Below, in pieces: positions 48,782 to 59,110 of a stretch of 64,000 nucleotides of DNA. The notes under the pieces were generated by a model. That model made no database searches and was not told the DNA's origin. It saw nothing but the letters and a program-made list of their open reading frames with translations. Source of the DNA: a virus (taxonomy: Duplodnaviria; Caudoviricetes). The stretch lies in IMG/VR virus record IMGVR_UViG_3300018494_000083, one strand, 5' to 3'. Position 1 is the stretch's first letter, and each line of letters begins with the position of its first letter. Both the position numbers and the translations under genes were made by a program.

Positions 48782-49993
48782 ATGAAGACCTTTATTTCTA
48801 ATATAACTGACGTCTTCGCAGAGCTCATTAAGAATCCTGATGCAGCTGGTGATTGTGCTGTTCGTCTTCAGGACCTTCTTAACGCAGCATTCGGAGATGA
48901 GCAGAAAACGATGACTCCCGTTGAATGTAAGAATGTATATATCTCTCGTAACAACAGCAACGATCCTTTCTATGCTATCGTTATTCCCGAGATGCCTGTA
49001 ACCGGCGATTCTATTCTTACTATCGATTACATTTATAGATATGATGTAGACATCGATCTTGACAATGTGATCAGTAAATATAATAACTGTGGATTTACTG
49101 CAGAAGAGCTTGCAGCTTGGCTGGTTCATGAGCTCTATGCAAATATCTTTACAGATATCACTTTCACGAGATATAAGAAGCTCCTTATTCACTACTATGA
49201 TGTACGTAATAAGGCTATCACAACTAGCCATAATAACCTCGGTTACATGAGCTGGTTCGGTGTATTCGGTAACACCAAGAAGGATATCATTACTGATAGC
49301 ACTTCTGATGCAGTTTCTGACAATCTTCGTCTCTATGGTCTTGCAGACAATTGGAACTCTGCTCTCAAGAAGTTCATCTTCGCTACCGGTGGAGACTGGT
49401 CCATTATCACTAATGGATACATCGAGCAGGCTGATAAGGCTTGTCTTGAGCAGTTCAATAAGCTTGCAAGAAAATATACTGCGTACTGTGTAAAGTATGC
49501 TAACCCTGACTGGAAGACGCTTGTTAAGTATCTGACTACCAAGGTTGGATCTGAGTGTCTTAAGAACTATGTATCGAAAGAGCCTGAGCATATCGCTGTT
49601 ATTCCTGAGAAGGACGTCAACGATATCTTTGATTCTCGTAGACTTCTCCGTGAGTCTTATCAGGCTGAGTCGCTCAATATCGATCTCGATGAATCTGTTC
49701 CCCAGACTCATGAAAATCCCCTCAAGATCGTTAAGGACTACTCCAAGATGACCAATGCAGACATCTTTGCAGAGATCTCCGAGCTTGAGCTTGATACTCA
49801 GAATGTATATACGCTTTCTGAGAAACTTCTCGTTGCTGCTAAACTGAAGGACTTCCTCAGAACCCTCCAGGATAGAATCGGCGACGATCCCACAAACGAA
49901 AATCTCCTGTCCCTCAAGGAAAAGGCTTACCAGCTTTCTAATAGATTGGTAGCAACCGATGTGAGTGAAGTATCTGAACTCGAAGTCGGCTAA
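48782..49993 (+). CDS. Putative virion structural protein
   Basis: Start MKTFIS after AGGAGG; promoter motif at 48741-48754. Confidence 0.65.
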   Translation: MKTFISNITDVFAELIKNPDAAGDCAVRLQDLLNAAFGDEQKTMTPVECKNVYISRNNSNDPFYAIVIPEMPVTGDSILTIDYIYRYDVDIDLDNVISKYNNCGFTAEELAAWLVHELYANIFTDITFTRYKKLLIHYYDVRNKAITTSHNNLGYMSWFGVFGNTKKDIITDSTSDAVSDNLRLYGLADNWNSALKKFIFATGGDWSIITNGYIEQADKACLEQFNKLARKYTAYCVKYANPDWKTLVKYLTTKVGSECLKNYVSKEPEHIAVIPEKDVNDIFDSRRLLRESYQAESLNIDLDESVPQTHENPLKIVKDYSKMTNADIFAEISELELDTQNVYTLSEKLLVAAKLKDFLRTLQDRIGDDPTNENLLSLKEKAYQLSNRLVATDVSEVSELEVG

Positions 49994-50024
49994 TTTATCA
50001 TTCTCGTAGAAAGGAGGTTTTCAT

Positions 50025-52561
50025 ATGCTCAAAAGACCTACTTATGAGGAATACGATGAGTATATAATTGACTATGAAACTACGAATGTAAGTTTTATTG
50101 CAATGGCATCTATTCTTCGAAGAAAAGGTGTTAAGAACTATAACTTCTTCCTGAAACTGTACGATGAAGACCTCCAAGGAGTGGATCCTAAAGATCCCAA
50201 TTTGTCTATGGCTATGAAGATGAAAGTCATCATGGAGTGTAGACGAAACTTCTGGTACTTTATCAGAGAAGTTATGTATATCCCTGGTGGACAGAGATTT
50301 ACTCTCCATCGTGGCAACTTAGCAGCACTTTGGTGTTGTCTAAACAATATTCCGACCTACTTGGTTCTCCCTCGTCAGCATGGTAAAACCTGGGCAGTGA
50401 TTGCATACGCTCTTTGGGTATTTAACTTTGCTTCTGAGTATACGAACTTCCTCTTTATGAACAAGCAGTTGGGAGACTCTCAGTTGAACCTTAAGCGTCT
50501 TAAAGATGCTAGAGCTGAGCTTCCCGATTACCTCAGAAATGATAAAGTTCAAACCTCTAAGGGTGAATTTAAAGATGGTCCTTCAAACGTTAATAAACTC
50601 TCTAACGCACTTCATAACGAAATTACCGTTAAAGCATCTGCTCGTAACCCGATCTCTGCCGATGAGCTAGGTCGTGGTATGACCGTGTCTTGGGTATGGA
50701 TCGACGAGATGGCATTCTTGCAGTTCAACAGAATCATCTACATGGCGATGTCCCCTGCATGGTCGAAAGCAGCAGAAGTTGCAGTTGCTAAGGGTAGACC
50801 TATTGGTAAGATTCTTACTACTACTCCTTCCGACTTGTCAACTGACATGGGTAAATTTGCATATGAAATTCGTGGAGATGCAGCAAGATTCTCTGAAGAT
50901 CTTTACAATATGGATTCTGATGAAATTGCTACCTGGATGGATAAGAACTCTAAGAATGGATATATTTATATCGAATATAACTATATGCAACTTGGACACA
51001 AAGATCCTGGTAAGTGGTTCAAGGAACAGTGTAAAGACATGCTCTTTGACTGGTCTAAGATCCGTCGTGAGATACTTCTTCAGTGGAACAATGCTTCTTC
51101 GAACTCTCCGTTCGACCCCGAAGATTTGCGACAGCTCAGAGCTATGTGCATAAACGAATCTGAAAATGACTCGATTACTATCAACAAGTACTACAAGCTT
51201 AATGTATATCGTCCGCTCCACTCTACTGATAAATACATCATAAGTGTGGATCCGGCGAAAGGACGTTATTTCACTGGCGTCGTTGTACAGCAATGTGCAA
51301 CTAGAACCTATTTAAATTGCGACTATTTGCTAAAGCCCTTATGCTCGAAAGAGAACGAAAGTAGAAATAAGTTAAGGGATGACAAGTGGGAGAAATCCCT
51401 CTATTGCCGGTGCAATGCAAGATTCGCAGCTTAGTGAAATACACTAAGTTCAACGACTATCTCCATGTCGGAGAGTAGAGCACGTAAGTTAATGACGGCT
51501 CGAAAGAATAGGCTCCTCGAAAGAGGATGAAAATATAGTCTCAACTTCCAGAGAAAGACTGGAGCAGCAAAAGCGGGTTAGCGTTACGAACTAACCGAAG
51601 ATAATTGGGTGATAAAGCCGACCGTACTGTAATTGAGGTTATCGATGCTCGTACTGATGAGCTTTGTGCAATATTCAAATCTTCTACAATCCAATATAAA
51701 GAAACCTTCCGATTTATCTATACTCTCTTTAACAAATACATTCCGAACTCGGTAATCGTAGTGGAGAATAACATCGATACGATCATTGAATACATCAAGA
51801 ACTCGACGATGAAACATGCTCTCTATTATGAGCCGACTAAGACAGTTGTTAAGGAAAAGAAGAAGAATGGTTTCTCCAAACCTCAGTCTCGTGATAATAT
51901 TGTCTATGGTGTCAACACCAATGCAGAGAACAGACCTAAATACTTTGACATTCTGTTCGGCATGATCAGAAATGAAAGAGAGAAGATCTGCTGCAGAGAG
52001 ATGATTGAAGAGATTGAGACACTTGAGTACAAGACACCTACTCGTATTGAAGCTACTAGCGGAACCCACGATGACGTTGTACTTGCATATCTGATTGCGA
52101 TGTATGTCAAGAGAATGGGTAACAACCGTGCTAGATTTGGTCTCTATTATACCGATGGTGAAGAGACAAGAACTAACACTGTAGCTGATTCTATATTCGC
52201 TTCTAAGATCACTGACTACAATAAACGTAGAAGTGTTGACGACGATGATGAGATGGATATGTATAATAATCCTTTCTGGGCTGACATTTTGACGGCTAGA
52301 GAAATGATGGATTATGATGACGAGAAACTTGCTGAGCGTCATGCTAAGAAGCGTGATATCAAAACGAAAGATGATCTACTTGAGTATCAAACAAACGTAT
52401 TCACTGGTCAGAAAGATGTGGCTGGTATTAAGAATATTTCTACCAATGCTTTCTTTGAACTGAACGATCGTGGTGGATCTCATGACTATAATGGTTTCGA
52501 TGATTTCGGAACTCATGCAGCAACGATCTACGACGATGACGGTGAAGGTGGTTGGTTCTAA
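50025..52561 (+). CDS. terL: Terminase large subunit; exons 50025-51266 and 51608-52561
   Basis: Walker A PRQHGKT, Walker B VWIDEMAF, TTTP. The spliced nuclease motif is SVDPAKGR|GDKAD; also VVENN and HDDVVLA. Confidence 0.92.
51267..51607 (+). ncRNA. Group I intron in terL (341 nt, no ORF)
   Basis: P1: GACGU pairs with GCGUC. P10: UCACU pairs with GGUGA. P AAUUGCG, Q UUCGCAGC, R GUUCAACGACUA, S AAAAUAUAGUCU. Omega-G at 51607. Confidence 0.9.
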
Positions 52562-52572
52562 ATAAAATATAT

Positions 52573-52601
52573 GGGATAAGGCTAATAATAAGCCTTATCC
52601 C
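52573..52601 (+). terminator. Intrinsic terminator
   Basis: GGGATAAGGCT-loop-AGCCTTATCCC plus a T-rich tail. Confidence 0.75.
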
Positions 52602-52659
52602 GTTTTATTATATTCTTAAAAATATTATAAATATAAACCCGAAAAGGAGAATTCAATAA

Positions 52660-53388
52660 ATGAATCACACAGATGATATGATTGAACAGGCTATTGACCA
52701 AGCCAAGTCTGATGAAGTATTGTCTGATATCGATGTTGGATATATTCAGGAATGTCTTGAAGGTCAGCTGGAAGATCTTCTGTCTGACTCTACCAAGAAG
52801 AACTACCTGAAGAAACTCGAAGAGAAGCTCAATGCTTCCGATATCGATGAGTCGGATAAAGCACTTGTGCTCAATGGTACATATAACCACGTAATCGATA
52901 TGATTACTGAAAAGTTCAACTTTACTATTGATAGAACTGAGAACCGTCTTGATCTTATCGCTAAGACTCTGTATAAGTTCTTCGTTCTTCAGTACACCCA
53001 CAACGTTACATGCTTTATCGAGTCCTTCATTCTCGAAAACCAGAAGACTATTGTTACAGAACTGTCTGAGAGAGATGATCTTAACACCCGTCACATCGAG
53101 GGTGTAAGCAGCAAACTTTCTCTTGTTCTCAATAATATTTCTGATGTTATCGATATTATTGAAGGCTCGTCTATTACTTTTGATGAGTTCGTTGACTACA
53201 TCATCAAGCATGAAGATGCCAAGTCCTCTGTATCCCAGATTCAGAACTTTACGAATAGTATTATGTCTGACACTGAGGAGATCGTTGGTCTTATCCTTAA
53301 TGGATTGATTAACGAAGATGAAGGATTCTCGAGCATCTATACTGAGCTCCAGTTGAATCTTTACAACAGATTCGCAAATGATAATTAA
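52660..53388 (+). CDS. Hypothetical protein
   Basis: 242-aa ORF with AGGAG RBS. Confidence 0.75.
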   Translation: MNHTDDMIEQAIDQAKSDEVLSDIDVGYIQECLEGQLEDLLSDSTKKNYLKKLEEKLNASDIDESDKALVLNGTYNHVIDMITEKFNFTIDRTENRLDLIAKTLYKFFVLQYTHNVTCFIESFILENQKTIVTELSERDDLNTRHIEGVSSKLSLVLNNISDVIDIIEGSSITFDEFVDYIIKHEDAKSSVSQIQNFTNSIMSDTEEIVGLILNGLINEDEGFSSIYTELQLNLYNRFANDN

Positions 53389-54787
53389 AGGAGAAACACA
53401 ACACATGGAAAATAATAACCCTAATGTAAATATCAACCCTAACAAGGTCTACGGATCCTCTGTACTTGAACAGATTCCTACTCCCGTTGAGGAGGAAGCA
53501 TTCAACGATCAGGAAACCACTAAGTTCACTGATGAGGAAATCTCTGAAATGCGTCAGGAACTCAAGGCTGGAGATGAAGGGGTTGTGAAAGAAAAGATTA
53601 CTACCGACGCACTCTCCGGAGTAACTGCATCTTCTAAGGTAAGCGAGGAATACGCTGAACTCGATAAGATTGATGCAAGCGTCGAAGCTCATAACATTCG
53701 TGGAAAGACACTTCCCGAGCATACTATCGAAAGAATCAAGACAATGGTTGGTGTTGATATCACCACCGATGATTCCCACCGAATTGCTCAGTACTTCGAA
53801 TCCTTTGGCGTAAATGCTGATGGAGAACCGGCACTTGTGGACGTAACTTTCCAGAACTGCAATAGTGAGGACGTTCGTGAAGCACTTGGTACATCTATTA
53901 TGGATGTAATCACCAAGCTTGCTGATAACGATGATGAAGCCGATCGTATTGCAAAGAGACTCATGGAGCAGATCTATGCGTCTTATCATGCTGCTGTCGA
54001 ATACAACGATGATATGAGAGAACTCTCTATGATCACAAGAAGAGTTAAGGAGATGGCAGATAAGGGTATTGACCCTAATATAAGAAATATTGACAATGTT
54101 TCTGAAGAGGCGGTTGAGAACCAGCTTAAGGATCTTAACCAGACTCAGAAGTGGATCGAAAGATATCTTGAGATCAGAAGCAAGCTCGATTCTCGCAACA
54201 AGAAGCTCAAGCAGGATTATACCATTGACGATATCGATACGAAGACTATCGAGGAAGTTAAGGTAGCTCTTGATGATGCACTTGAGATGAAGACTCTCCT
54301 TGAGGGCTGTCTCTCTCCCAAGTTTGTTGCGGACTTTAAGAACCATAAGGAATGTGACAGAATCATCAAGAACTGGATCACTGATATTAAGAATGATCCG
54401 GATACTCTGTATACATTCCCCACTAATGATTACTACACGATCGAGAAGACAAAGACTGACGTACTTGACTACTTGTACGGAGCTTTGTTAGCTCAGCAGT
54501 ATATTGATCATCCTATTCCCGAGGATGCAATGACTGATGATCCTGGTCAGTATTATATTAAGTCTGGCGTAGCTACGAAGCAGGATATCCTTGTTATTAA
54601 GGAGAAAGCATACCTTATCCTGTTTACTATCGCTAAGACTTTTAAATATAAGAAGCTCAGATTGAATATTTACATGAGAAGAGTTCTTTCTTACACTCTC
54701 GATATGATGAGTAAGATGAACAATCCTGTTTACCGTGTGAAGTTCTTCGATCTGGCTAATACGCTCTATTCACGTTACATCAAGTAA
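53378..54787 (+). CDS. Hypothetical protein
   Basis: 469-aa ORF; the alternative start at 53405 follows AAGGAG. Confidence 0.75.
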   Translation: MIIKGETQHMENNNPNVNINPNKVYGSSVLEQIPTPVEEEAFNDQETTKFTDEEISEMRQELKAGDEGVVKEKITTDALSGVTASSKVSEEYAELDKIDASVEAHNIRGKTLPEHTIERIKTMVGVDITTDDSHRIAQYFESFGVNADGEPALVDVTFQNCNSEDVREALGTSIMDVITKLADNDDEADRIAKRLMEQIYASYHAAVEYNDDMRELSMITRRVKEMADKGIDPNIRNIDNVSEEAVENQLKDLNQTQKWIERYLEIRSKLDSRNKKLKQDYTIDDIDTKTIEEVKVALDDALEMKTLLEGCLSPKFVADFKNHKECDRIIKNWITDIKNDPDTLYTFPTNDYYTIEKTKTDVLDYLYGALLAQQYIDHPIPEDAMTDDPGQYYIKSGVATKQDILVIKEKAYLILFTIAKTFKYKKLRLNIYMRRVLSYTLDMMSKMNNPVYRVKFFDLANTLYSRYIK

Positions 54788-54814
54788 TAAACCATGAAAA
54801 GGAGATTTTAACCA

Positions 54815-55294
54815 ATGGAAATTTTCATCGATGTACTATTTGTGATTCTCGCTGTGCTTATTACCGGCGTGCTCGCAGTTCTTGCAGCTCTTGCATTCAA
54901 GGCAATCAAGAGTCTTCTCAAGAAGATGGGCATTCAGATCAGCACTGAACAGGAGAACGCTATCAAGAATGGCGTCACTCAGGTAGTTCAGTGGCTCAAC
55001 CAGACACTTGTCGGAAAGCTTAAAGAAGCCAACCCTGATAACAAGCTGACAGAAGAGCAGATCGCTGAGATCAATAAGAAGGCGAAAGATATGATTGGAA
55101 CGATCCTTACTGCAGATCAGATTGAGTTGCTTATGGAGAAATACGGCGATATGGATCTGGCACTGGATATTCTTATTGAGTCGACAGTTGACACGAACCA
55201 TGCTACAGTCTACACTGCACTTCCGATCATCGCAAATACTGATTCCACAAGCGGCAGCGTACCGGCTGAACCGACCGAAGAAACTGTGGAGTAA
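54815..55294 (+). CDS. Holin-like protein (LL-H type candidate)
   Basis: Single N-terminal TM helix; V..LNQT.V...K; IESTV. Confidence 0.55.
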   Translation: MEIFIDVLFVILAVLITGVLAVLAALAFKAIKSLLKKMGIQISTEQENAIKNGVTQVVQWLNQTLVGKLKEANPDNKLTEEQIAEINKKAKDMIGTILTADQIELLMEKYGDMDLALDILIESTVDTNHATVYTALPIIANTDSTSGSVPAEPTEETVE

Positions 55295-55306
55295 TCAAAC
55301 AAACAG

Positions 55307-55335
55307 AGGTAGATAGGAGAAATTCCTATCTACCT
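55307..55335 (+). terminator. Intrinsic terminator
   Basis: AGGTAGATAGGA-GAAAT-TCCTATCTACCT plus a T tract. Confidence 0.8.
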
Positions 55336-55385
55336 TTTTTATCATTTAAGCCGTAAAACAACTATATAAAAGGAGGAGACTGCCC

Positions 55386-56123
55386 ATGAAAACTAATTTA
55401 CTCAAGTCTGAAAATGGACAAATCTTTTATACTGGTGCTAAGATGGAGCTCTTTGTTCCCTCCGAGTACTTTAAAACTAGATTAGCTGAGGAAGTTGGTA
55501 CGGGGTATAAGATCTTCGGATATGTTAGAGCCTATCATTACGACGAAAAGAATGATAATAGACAATCCGCAACTAAGAGCGTACTTGCATACCCTCTTAT
55601 GTTTTATACAGTCCCTGATTCGGTCACTGTTGAGAAGATTAATTTCTTCGGAACCGAAGAGAAGTACCATGTCTTCACTTACTACAAGAATAGTGTAGTC
55701 TTTGCTAATAGTGAAATTATTCAAGATGCTAATAATGTACAGACTTTCTTCAATATGTTGATGAATGGTAAACTGGACATTGTTGAGTATAAAACTATCC
55801 CGAGAATGCTCCAGCTCTGTAAGATCTATAATGGGGTATCTTTCGGAGTTCCTGCTATGTATGAGGAAGTAATCATTGCTGACTACTATCGTAATCCTGA
55901 TGATCCTAGAGAGCCTGCACGATTTGTTGCAGCTGTCACCGATAAGGATCCTTTCTTCGCAAGAGGTATCAGTCAGAGAGAGAAAGTAAGCTATTCTTCC
56001 ACCTTTGCAGGTATTACTTTTGAGGATATTAATGCGATGATGGTCATGGCTGATAACGCTAAGCGTGAGGGTCGTGAGGAGAAAATCTCCGAGGTTGAGA
56101 AGGTAACACTTGGTTTAAAGTGA
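55386..56123 (+). CDS. Hypothetical late protein
   Basis: 245 aa; promoter motif at 55357-55370; AGGAGG RBS. Confidence 0.7.
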   Translation: MKTNLLKSENGQIFYTGAKMELFVPSEYFKTRLAEEVGTGYKIFGYVRAYHYDEKNDNRQSATKSVLAYPLMFYTVPDSVTVEKINFFGTEEKYHVFTYYKNSVVFANSEIIQDANNVQTFFNMLMNGKLDIVEYKTIPRMLQLCKIYNGVSFGVPAMYEEVIIADYYRNPDDPREPARFVAAVTDKDPFFARGISQREKVSYSSTFAGITFEDINAMMVMADNAKREGREEKISEVEKVTLGLK

Positions 56124-56217
56124 TTATTTCTTGCTATAAATAACATTACATTAATGATTCTGATATTTCAATTCAATAAATGATATAATTAATCCACGAT
56201 AAGGAGGATATAACTAT

Positions 56218-58065
56218 ATGGCTAAATTGGTTTATCCTAGCTCTATGCCATATGATGAAGTGAATATTGTAGACAATAGTGTCTATGAAGATATTATTGT
56301 TGATGTGAACGCTGGTATTCCCACTGGTCCCATTGCATTTATCCCCTTCATCTCACCTCGTGGCTATGGAGAAGATAATAAACTCGTCTATATGGACGCT
56401 ACAAGACTTAGCCGTTATGGAACTCCCAACCTGAACAAGTATGGTCTCTCCCTGTATCTTGCTGCAAGATTTATCCAGGGTGGTGGTACCGTTCTTGGTA
56501 TGCGTGTTGTTCCTGCTTACGACGAGACTAAGTCTACTGGTGCAACATATGCAAACGCATGTGTATACGCACTTGTTTCGGCTTCTAAGATTACCTACGG
56601 TGTCAAAGCCATCACTTCCGGCAATGTAGCTGCAGACTTCAAGACTGCATCTGCTGAAGATCTTGAGATCACGGTTGCAGAAGGCGAGACTCTCTATAAA
56701 CTTTTCGTAATCAGAGCTAAGGCTGCTGGTAACTTTGCTAACAGCTTCTACTTTACGATCACTGCAGATGCTACCATGAACACTGCTGCTGAAGAGGAAG
56801 GTCTCGATGCTTTCTTCTACAAGTTCGCAGACAGCGATGGTGGCGAAACCCTCGACGGTAACCTCGTCTTCACTTTCGCAGAGGACTTCCTCTACAATGA
56901 AGAGTCGATGGATCCCGTTGATGTATTCGACGACTACAGCGAGAACGTTGTATTCGAGAAGATCACCGGCGACAATGGTTTTGCTGCATTCATGACGGCT
57001 ATTAAGGCTGACGGTTCTGCCGACTTTATTACGGCTAGTACGTATGTTGCTAAGGATGAGACGGGCGTTGCTACGACCACTTACACCGTTGACAACACTG
57101 CTCTTGCTGGTACTACCATTAGCCTCTCCGGTGCAATTGACATTTGGGGTGGTAAGACCTTTGACTGGGATAATGACCCGTTTGCTGAAGCACTTGCTGT
57201 TGCTTACGGTAACGCTGGTGAAGCTCCTGCAACTGAAAACCCCTGCTACAACGACCTTATCTATGATCAGGCTCGTTATCCGTTCCAGTATATGTTTGCT
57301 CCTACCTATGACGCTGCTGTCATGCTTTCGATGCATAAGCTTGTTCAGGACAGACATATCACCCACGCAAACTATATCGTTCCCTACAAGGCAACCTATG
57401 CTGCTCAGATCACTAACTGGAAGGCTGTTGAGACTGCAAGTCAGGTAATCCTCGACGACTGGAGAGAAGTATTCGTACCTGAGTGGTGCTATGTACGTGA
57501 CGTTTACACCGGTAAGAAGATCAAGGTTCCCGCAGTGTACATGGATGCTTATGGCTATCCTAAGCACTGGATCGAGAGACAGGGTCGTCCTTATGCCGGT
57601 CTTGCTAACTACTCTTGGACTGACTACGAGACTAACACTGTTATGCCTTGTACTTCGTCTGCTGCTCAGCTCATTGCTAACCACAATGCTCGTTTCAATA
57701 CGATGGTTGAGGATGGCAACGGCGTAGCTGTTCCTTACGAGCAGATCACTCGTCAGACTAAGACTAGTGCTCTTTCCGAGATCAACAATACTTACGTATT
57801 GACTGATATGATCCGTATCGCTCTGGCTATCGCTAACCAGAAGAGATGGACTGACCTCACTGATGCAGCTGTTGAAGCTTATAAGGATGAGGTTCTCAAC
57901 ACTATTTCCGCTGAACTCGGTGCGTCTTACGATAGACTCACTGTTATCTCTACCAGAGAGTCGGCAAACGGCGCTGGTAGAAATAGAATCGCATGTACTC
58001 TGAACGTTAAGTTCAAGGACATCCTCAAGGGTGTTACTTACACGTTCTATATTGCTGCAAACTAA
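56218..58065 (+). CDS. Contractile tail sheath protein
   Basis: 615 aa with biased codons. N-terminal YGTPN..KYG and GGTVLGMRV; C-terminal QIT....SALSEINN and sheath-like end. Promoter motif at 56142-56155; precedes the tube candidate. Confidence 0.8.
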   Translation: MAKLVYPSSMPYDEVNIVDNSVYEDIIVDVNAGIPTGPIAFIPFISPRGYGEDNKLVYMDATRLSRYGTPNLNKYGLSLYLAARFIQGGGTVLGMRVVPAYDETKSTGATYANACVYALVSASKITYGVKAITSGNVAADFKTASAEDLEITVAEGETLYKLFVIRAKAAGNFANSFYFTITADATMNTAAEEEGLDAFFYKFADSDGGETLDGNLVFTFAEDFLYNEESMDPVDVFDDYSENVVFEKITGDNGFAAFMTAIKADGSADFITASTYVAKDETGVATTTYTVDNTALAGTTISLSGAIDIWGGKTFDWDNDPFAEALAVAYGNAGEAPATENPCYNDLIYDQARYPFQYMFAPTYDAAVMLSMHKLVQDRHITHANYIVPYKATYAAQITNWKAVETASQVILDDWREVFVPEWCYVRDVYTGKKIKVPAVYMDAYGYPKHWIERQGRPYAGLANYSWTDYETNTVMPCTSSAAQLIANHNARFNTMVEDGNGVAVPYEQITRQTKTSALSEINNTYVLTDMIRIALAIANQKRWTDLTDAAVEAYKDEVLNTISAELGASYDRLTVISTRESANGAGRNRIACTLNVKFKDILKGVTYTFYIAAN

Positions 58066-58082
58066 GAAAGGAGGAAATGTAA

Positions 58083-59030
58083 ATGGCTACTGTTTATGAA
58101 TCTGCTAACGCGAAAGCTCAAGTAACCAGAGACTCTGCTCTTGGTCGTATGGCTGGTGGTACTAAAGGTGGTAAGGATCTTACCCTGAAGTCTGCAAGCT
58201 CTGCTTATAGCGTATTCAATGACCCTGCTGGTAAGGGTGCTGCTAACCGTTCGTTCCTCAACAGCCGTTTGTGGCACGGTGTTCCTCAGCTTACTGAGGA
58301 GCAGATGAAGATGTTTGAGGCTGCTTACAGCGGTCACACATTCTTCTTCGTTACGGGTCTTCCTAAGTTCATGACCACTGGTATGTATGCTGATGCAAAC
58401 ACCCATGTTCATGCACTTATCAAAAACTTTAAAACTATCGTCGAGAGATGCTGCGTATCCTACTCCGGTGCTCAGGGACTCACTCTTAACACTGCTGATC
58501 AGGAAGATGGTGCAACTCGTAAGATTTCGCACGCTATCAATGCTCAGAAGGAACAGGGTGATATCCAGCTTAAGCTCCATGAGTTCGCAGGTCTTCCTGT
58601 AAGAAATGCTCTTGAAGCATGGGTTAACGGTATCTTCGATTACAGATCTCAGCACGGTAACTATCTCGGCAACCTTGGTATCCAGGGTGGTTGGTGTCTT
58701 GCTAACCATACCATGGGTCTGCTCGTTGTCCAGACTGACCCCTCTTGGACTGAGATCCAGGATGCAGTTTACTACTGCAATATCCTTCCCACTGAAGTTC
58801 CTTTCGATTCCTTTAACTTTGATAAGGGTGAAGGCACGATCGTTCCCGATTACGACCTCACTTTCAAGGCTAACGAGATTCGTTCCGAGGCTGTTATGAA
58901 GGCAGCTGAAGCTTACATGAACAACAGAATTCTCACTATGGTGAATACTGCTGTTTACAAGGGCTCTGCTTTCGATCCTGGTCTCAAGACTACGAAGGCT
59001 GAAACTGACTGGGAGGGCAAGATCAACTGA
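58083..59030 (+). CDS. Tail tube protein
   Basis: 315 aa with biased codons, directly after the sheath; E.AGLPV..ALEAW..GI.D and VVQTDP motifs. Confidence 0.7.
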   Translation: MATVYESANAKAQVTRDSALGRMAGGTKGGKDLTLKSASSAYSVFNDPAGKGAANRSFLNSRLWHGVPQLTEEQMKMFEAAYSGHTFFFVTGLPKFMTTGMYADANTHVHALIKNFKTIVERCCVSYSGAQGLTLNTADQEDGATRKISHAINAQKEQGDIQLKLHEFAGLPVRNALEAWVNGIFDYRSQHGNYLGNLGIQGGWCLANHTMGLLVVQTDPSWTEIQDAVYYCNILPTEVPFDSFNFDKGEGTIVPDYDLTFKANEIRSEAVMKAAEAYMNNRILTMVNTAVYKGSAFDPGLKTTKAETDWEGKIN

Positions 59031-59062
59031 TCTTAACCAACAACCAAACAAAACAAATAAAT

Positions 59063-59090
59063 CCCCTATGGAGAGAAATCTCCATAGGGG
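59063..59090. terminator. Bidirectional terminator
   Basis: CCCCTATGGAGA-GAAA-TCTCCATAGGGG between convergent genes. Confidence 0.8.
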
Positions 59091-59110
59091 TTATTTTCGT
59101 TTAGTGGATA

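Noticed and set aside
49110-49150. Zincin metalloprotease motif in the 48782-49993 protein
   Set aside because: The sequence is HELYA and lacks the second His of HExxH.
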